Origin: Anaerolineales bacterium
Lineage (GTDB): Bacteria > Chloroflexota > Anaerolineae > Anaerolineales > UBA11858
Direction of reading: 5' to 3'
DNA length: 64,000 nucleotides
Assembly (NCBI GenBank): GCA_028278545.1
Contig: JANQED010000138.1
Span: forward strand, 29,237 to 93,236
The position numbers were made by a program, and so were the translations under genes. Under the pieces are notes generated by a model. The model had not been told where the DNA came from and did not search any database. It worked only from the letters and a program-made list of their open reading frames with translations. Below, piece after piece: positions 58,928 through 64,000 of the stretch (its first letter is position 1; each line of letters begins with the position of its first letter).

Positions 58928-59112
58928 GGGTTCCTCCTGTGGGAATGATCATGAGTTTACTTCTACGGGAGATAACACTCGAACGGCCAGATAGTTTGCA
59001 GCCAATCACATCCTTTGACGGAGCGAAACTTCGTTTCGCTCCGCTCAGGATGCTTCTCACAGAGTCAGCAAACGCCCTGAGCGGACACGAAGTGGTAGTC
59101 GAAGGGGGCGGC
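58928..59112 (-). promoter_or_regulatory. Structured intergenic RNA candidate (3' of the DUF711 gene, 5' of the MFS gene) with mutually exclusive helices
   Basis: Helix B: 59041-59049 pairs with 59076-59084 (9 bp). Helix A: 59009-59014 pairs with 59047-59052 and encloses a hairpin 59020-59028 / 59034-59042 (9 bp). A and B share nucleotides 59041-59049. Confidence 0.3.
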
Positions 59113-60363
59113 TCACGCCAACTGATTACGTCGAGAGATATGAAAAGCCTCATCTCCACCCAATAAACCTCCCAGCGGCTCTGCTTCCAGGGCCATCACG
59201 CGGCTGTTGGCGAAGAAAGCAAAATCAAAGTCGGTGGCGTCTCCAGCCTTCTTCCCAGGGATCGGCATCAGCCGCGCTGTGAGGGGCTTCTCCAAACGCT
59301 GAGCCAGGGCAGCCAGGTCGAGCAGGATAGCAGCGATTTGCTCTGGGGAGGTGTCCCCTGGAAGGGGCACTGTATCCAACCCGGTGCCGCAGACGGCTGA
59401 ATAGAGCAGCAAATCCTTGACCGTCAAATGTCCTGCACCCGCTCGGGCTGCCAGCGTTGAATCTTCCAATACGGGCAGCATCAATCCGCTGAAGCCCGCA
59501 TGAGGAAAGTCGGCCTGATCGATGGTCTCTGCGATCAAAGCAGCTACGGCCAGGGACCCGTGCATCCCAACTGCTGGGACACCCAAGCGTTCAAAGGCGG
59601 TACCTAAAGAGAGTTCTTCCTCTGGAAACGGGGCCAGGGAGAAGTCGATACCGCCAAATTCTGGCGTAGGGCCGCCAGGTCGAATGCGTCTGAGCAAATC
59701 AGCAGCCAGAAAGGTAAGTCTTTGTGCGTGGGATTCGATGGCTTTTTTCAACCGCTTACGGGCATCAGCCAGGTTTAGTGCTTCGCTGAATGCCTCAACA
59801 GCCAAATCTGCGGCCTCGGTAGCCAATGCAAAGGCCGGCCTTCCACCCCCATGATAAGCAGCCGGGAAGAAAGGCGCACCAGGCCCGACGTTAGCCAGGG
59901 CCGCGAAGTAGAGATTGGCAAAACCTTTGGGGTCAACCGGGCCTAAACGATGGATGACCTCAGCGGAGGCCTTTATCGCGGGTAGCGAAATCCCCGTATC
60001 TGCCGAACTGATTACGCCAGAAGCAAATACGTTCTCCGTAGCGGCCAGCACATCTGGGATCAGCGTGTAACTGTCGGGAAAACCGGGGGACGCTGGGCCG
60101 ATAGCAAGGTAGTCATATCCCAGGGGGACAACAGCGGATTCTAAAGCCTGGGCAAGCTCAATCACCTCAAATGCTGAGCCTTTGGAATCCAGACTCACCA
60201 AACGGGGGAAAGGAACCGTCGCTAACCGGGCAGTCTGGACCTGATAGCCCGCAGCTTCAAATACTGGGCGCGCCTCAGTGATGAATCTTCCAGCCTGTTG
60301 GATGACTTCACCGTCAAGAGGCCATTTGGGATCGCAGAAATACGTGATGGAGCGAATCTTCAT
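59113..60363 (-). CDS. UPF0210/DUF711-family protein
   Basis: 416 aa. MKIRSITYF... N-terminus typical of UPF0210. Confidence 0.75.
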   Translation of the reverse strand: MKIRSITYFCDPKWPLDGEVIQQAGRFITEARPVFEAAGYQVQTARLATVPFPRLVSLDSKGSAFEVIELAQALESAVVPLGYDYLAIGPASPGFPDSYTLIPDVLAATENVFASGVISSADTGISLPAIKASAEVIHRLGPVDPKGFANLYFAALANVGPGAPFFPAAYHGGGRPAFALATEAADLAVEAFSEALNLADARKRLKKAIESHAQRLTFLAADLLRRIRPGGPTPEFGGIDFSLAPFPEEELSLGTAFERLGVPAVGMHGSLAVAALIAETIDQADFPHAGFSGLMLPVLEDSTLAARAGAGHLTVKDLLLYSAVCGTGLDTVPLPGDTSPEQIAAILLDLAALAQRLEKPLTARLMPIPGKKAGDATDFDFAFFANSRVMALEAEPLGGLLGGDEAFHISRRNQLA

Positions 60364-60394
60364 GCTTCAACGGATAGCAGTAGTCGGCAACCGC

Positions 60395-61507
<1,113 letters not shown>

Positions 61508-62323
61508 CTAGATTTTGTTGACCAGTGGCTGATCATCCTTTACAGCGACACCCCGCTGCCTGAGGACTTCAAACATCAGGACCGCCCCAGCAGCGGCGGC
61601 ATTAAGCGACTCGATGCCCCCAGGCATCGGGATACAGAGCGTATGATCGGCCAAGCCCCGGGCCTCCGGGCCTGCACCCTGGGCCTCGCCGCCGACGATC
61701 AGCGCCAGCGGGACATTCAGGTCGGTTTGGGAATAGACATGCACCCCGGCAGCATCAGATAAGAAAACTTGCAGAGGGGCGATCATCTCGCGAACTTCAT
61801 CCCAGGTTCCCGTTTGTATGGGCAAGGAGAAATGAGCGCCCATCCCTGCCCGCAATACTTTGGGGGCATACAGGTCCACATTCCCGGGAGGCAACAAGAC
61901 TAAATCCACTTTGGCGGCCAGGGCCGTGCGCAAAAGCGTACCCATATTGCCGGGATCACGCACATTATCAAGTAACAGCACGAAATTCAGATCAGCGGGA
62001 GGAAGAACCTGACTCATAGGCAGCACGGCTAAGATCCCCTGCGGAGTTTGCGTGTCGCTGGCGGCGCGCATCACCTCAGGGCTGATTGGCACGACCTCGA
62101 CATTGCTCTGCCGATAAGCATCCACAATCTCATGCCCGCGTTGGCTGAGATCATCGGTGTAGAAGATGAGCCGGGCCTCCCAATTGGCCTTCAAAGCTTC
62201 TTCTACCAGGCGGACACCCTCCACCACAAAGGCCCGGGCGTCATTCCGGTTGCGGGATCGGGCCTGCAAAGCTCGAACTTGTTTAACTTTTGCATTACTG
62301 GTCGATGTGAGCATAAGGCACAC
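61508..62323 (-). CDS. TrmH/SpoU-family RNA 2'-O-methyltransferase
   Basis: 271 aa. DNVRDPGNMGTLLRTA, LIVGGEAQG, IPMPGGIESLNAAAAGAVLMFE. Confidence 0.88.
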   Translation of the reverse strand: MCLMLTSTSNAKVKQVRALQARSRNRNDARAFVVEGVRLVEEALKANWEARLIFYTDDLSQRGHEIVDAYRQSNVEVVPISPEVMRAASDTQTPQGILAVLPMSQVLPPADLNFVLLLDNVRDPGNMGTLLRTALAAKVDLVLLPPGNVDLYAPKVLRAGMGAHFSLPIQTGTWDEVREMIAPLQVFLSDAAGVHVYSQTDLNVPLALIVGGEAQGAGPEARGLADHTLCIPMPGGIESLNAAAAGAVLMFEVLRQRGVAVKDDQPLVNKI

Positions 62324-62347
62324 GAGGCTAAGGCGCGTGGGAGAACA

Positions 62348-62929
62348 TCATCGCTCCCCTGCACCCTGGCTCCCCGCCCCTCCAAACTTCGTATCCCATA
62401 CCTGGAGGAAAGAATCCAACGTGGGCTGATCGAATAAGACTAAACGAACCTGGGAAAGCCCAGAGCTTTGATGCTTCTCAAAATAGCTTTCAACTGCTTC
62501 AAAAATAATCTTAGCAGCGCGCGCTTTGGGAAACCCAAAAATCCCCGTCGAGATGGCAGGCAAAGCCAGGGATTCTAAGCCTAATTCATCGGCGCGTTGT
62601 AGGGAGCCAAAAACAGCGGCGGCGAGTTTGGCGTCTTCATCCCCAGCACCCCACACAGGCCCGACGGCATGGATCACATAGCGGCAGGGGAGGTCTCCCC
62701 CACTTGTATAGGCGGGTTCAGCATGACTCACTGGGCCATAGTCCCGCACCCATTGATCGGATTCAACTTGAATGACGCGTCCACCGTGCCGCACGATCAG
62801 GCCAGCTACCCCACCGCCATGCTGCAATTGGGCGTTGGCGGCGTTGACAATGGCATCCACATCCTGTTGCGTGATGTCCCCCTGTACGATTTGAAAACGC
62901 TGCCCGGAGGGATAGGTGCATTCGCGCAT
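62348..62929 (-). CDS. Macro-domain protein (ADP-ribose / O-acetyl-ADP-ribose hydrolase-like)
   Basis: QIVQGDITQQDVDAIVNAANAQLQHGGGVAG, ISTGIFGFP. Start moved to ATG 62929 because the ORF-track start 63025 would read through the rplT terminator. Confidence 0.85.
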   Translation of the reverse strand: MRECTYPSGQRFQIVQGDITQQDVDAIVNAANAQLQHGGGVAGLIVRHGGRVIQVESDQWVRDYGPVSHAEPAYTSGGDLPCRYVIHAVGPVWGAGDEDAKLAAAVFGSLQRADELGLESLALPAISTGIFGFPKARAAKIIFEAVESYFEKHQSSGLSQVRLVLFDQPTLDSFLQVWDTKFGGAGSQGAGER

Positions 62930-62981
62930 AACAAATTGATTGTAGCACCCCCAGAATCGAACGTCAACGCGCATTACGACA

Positions 62982-63013
62982 AAACCCGGTTCCTCCATGG
63001 AGGAACCGGGTTT
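62982..63013 (-). terminator. Intrinsic terminator of the infC-rpmI-rplT operon (perfect 32-nt palindrome)
   Basis: AAACCCGGTTCCTCCATGGAGGAACCGGGTTT. On the minus strand it is followed by a T-rich tail (the terminal UUU of the stem continuing into TGTCG). Confidence 0.85.
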
Positions 63014-63035
63014 CTTAGGCATCAATTTAGCAATG

Positions 63036-63389
63036 CTAGACGGCCGCTTTGGCCTGTTCGACGACAGCCGCGAACGCTTTGGGGTCGCGCACTGCCATGT
63101 CGGCCAGCATCTTGCGGTTGATCTTGATCTCCGCTTTCTTCAGCGCATGAATAAAGCGACTATAGGATATACCGTTCTGACGGGCAGCGGCGTTGATGCG
63201 CGCAATCCATAAACGGCGCAGATCGCGCTTGCGATTGCGGCGATCTCGATAAGCGTACCAGAGGCTCTTCATGCGGGCTTCGTTGGCGCGCCGGTAAAGA
63301 CGGCTGCGAGTACCGAATTGGCCTTTGGTCTGTTTGAGGACTTTCTTATGACGTCTTCGTCGAGTATAACCAGTTTTTACACGAGCCAT
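63036..63389 (-). CDS. rplT: 50S ribosomal protein L20
   Basis: [26 protein letters not shown]... Confidence 0.98.
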   Translation of the reverse strand: MARVKTGYTRRRRHKKVLKQTKGQFGTRSRLYRRANEARMKSLWYAYRDRRNRKRDLRRLWIARINAAARQNGISYSRFIHALKKAEIKINRKMLADMAVRDPKAFAAVVEQAKAAV

Positions 63390-63476
63390 TGAATTCTCTC
63401 CTGCGTGCTGCGGGGCGTCGGCAATTTAACACCGGAGTTGCCCGTTATGTACACCCAACAGCCGCGTACAAAAGTT

Positions 63477-63755
63477 TTATTTATTAGTTTGACCAGTACG
63501 GGCGTTCGGGTTGGCTTTATACTTGTCCATATAGGGGGCCAAACGGCGCACAGTCTGGGAGATCTTCTTGCTTTCCACAGGCTGCATGCGCGTGAATTCC
63601 CTCTTGGTGCGTTTGGATGTCCGCCGGCGCAGGTGGCTCTTACCACCTTTCGTGCGCACGACTTTTCCAGAACCAGTTACCCGGAAACGTTTCGCGGTTG
63701 CTTTGTGGGTCTTGAGTTTATATTTTTTCACTTTCTTCTTCTTTGCCACAACCAA
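63477..63755 (-). CDS. rpmI: 50S ribosomal protein L35 (with a ~20-aa C-terminal extension)
   Basis: TTG start with GGAG RBS. KLKTHKATAKRFRVTGSGKVVRTKGGKSHL... core. Tail YMDKYKANPNARTGQTNK. Confidence 0.92.
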   Translation of the reverse strand: MVVAKKKKVKKYKLKTHKATAKRFRVTGSGKVVRTKGGKSHLRRRTSKRTKREFTRMQPVESKKISQTVRRLAPYMDKYKANPNARTGQTNK

Positions 63756-63903
63756 ACTCCTTCACAAAAACACCGCGGCTCAGGCTTTGATAAACACTGT
63801 CCCTATCCGCGGAGGATTTGCTGATTTTACCATCCTATGATGCAAGCTGCTTCCCAGAATGGCTCATTCTTAATCGCTATCGCTGGCTACCTTGTAAGTG
63901 TCT

Positions 63904-64000
63904 TTACTTCTCTCCTTTATGTGGAGCCAAGATCATAAGCATGGAGCGGCCTTCTCGGGAAGGTTGATACTCAATCATACTCACATCTTGAAGTTCTTCC
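63904..64000 (-). CDS. infC: Translation initiation factor IF-3, C-terminal end only (5' part outside the window)
   Basis: My own translation of the minus strand: ...EELQDVSMIEYQPSREGRSMLMILAPHKGEK*. Classical position upstream of rpmI-rplT. Confidence 0.8.
   Translation of the reverse strand, partial: EELQDVSMIEYQPSREGRSMLMILAPHKGEK

Overview
64-kb chromosomal window, mostly G+C-rich: my hand counts of 60-nt samples give about 57-63% in core genes. I support about 60 protein-coding genes. I found no rRNA, tRNA, CRISPR array, transposase or integrase. Gene content points to Chloroflexota, probably Anaerolineae-like, but that placement is an inference. The supporting genes are a bacterial Elp3, a LysW-carrier lysine/arginine cluster, SpoVS, a Ycf45/SpoIIIAA-like ATPase, a PucC-type MFS transporter and a split gatCA/gatB. 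Core content in order: partial Ser/Thr kinase, PfkB kinase, two rhomboid proteases, pdxST, tmk, gmk, fabI, bactofilin, gatCA, a GAF-GAF-HD-GYP protein, then the cluster lysX / argG-argH-lysW-argX-lysY-lysZ / lysJ-lysK, followed by gatB, gdh, elp3, uvrA, a CcrM-like DNA methyltransferase, a TrmH methyltransferase, a macro-domain protein and infC-rpmI-rplT. Most interesting points: (1) A 2.2-kb AT-rich island at 45.9-48.2 kb carries two head-to-head PD-(D/E)xK nuclease-like genes with no adjacent methyltransferase; it is my best candidate for an undescribed defence module. (2) A second AT-rich insertion at 11.75-13.3 kb encodes a tandem MazG-like pyrophosphohydrolase, and its compositional boundary lies inside tmk. 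(3) Elp3 and a Trm9-like methyltransferase form a divergent pair, which looks like a eukaryote/archaea-style (m)cm5U34 tRNA-modification module. (4) Two near-identical promoters each drive a short ORF, one Lys-codon-rich and one Arg-codon-rich, followed by an intrinsic terminator, in front of lysX and argG; these are candidate leader-peptide attenuators. (5) A DUF433/DUF5615 toxin-antitoxin pair is inserted antisense inside the lys/arg operon. (6) An MFS transporter is interrupted by a single in-frame TAG. Many ORF-track entries are antisense shadow ORFs or carry N-terminal over-extensions. Where I moved a start codon, I did so only to an in-frame ATG with a visible Shine-Dalgarno sequence.
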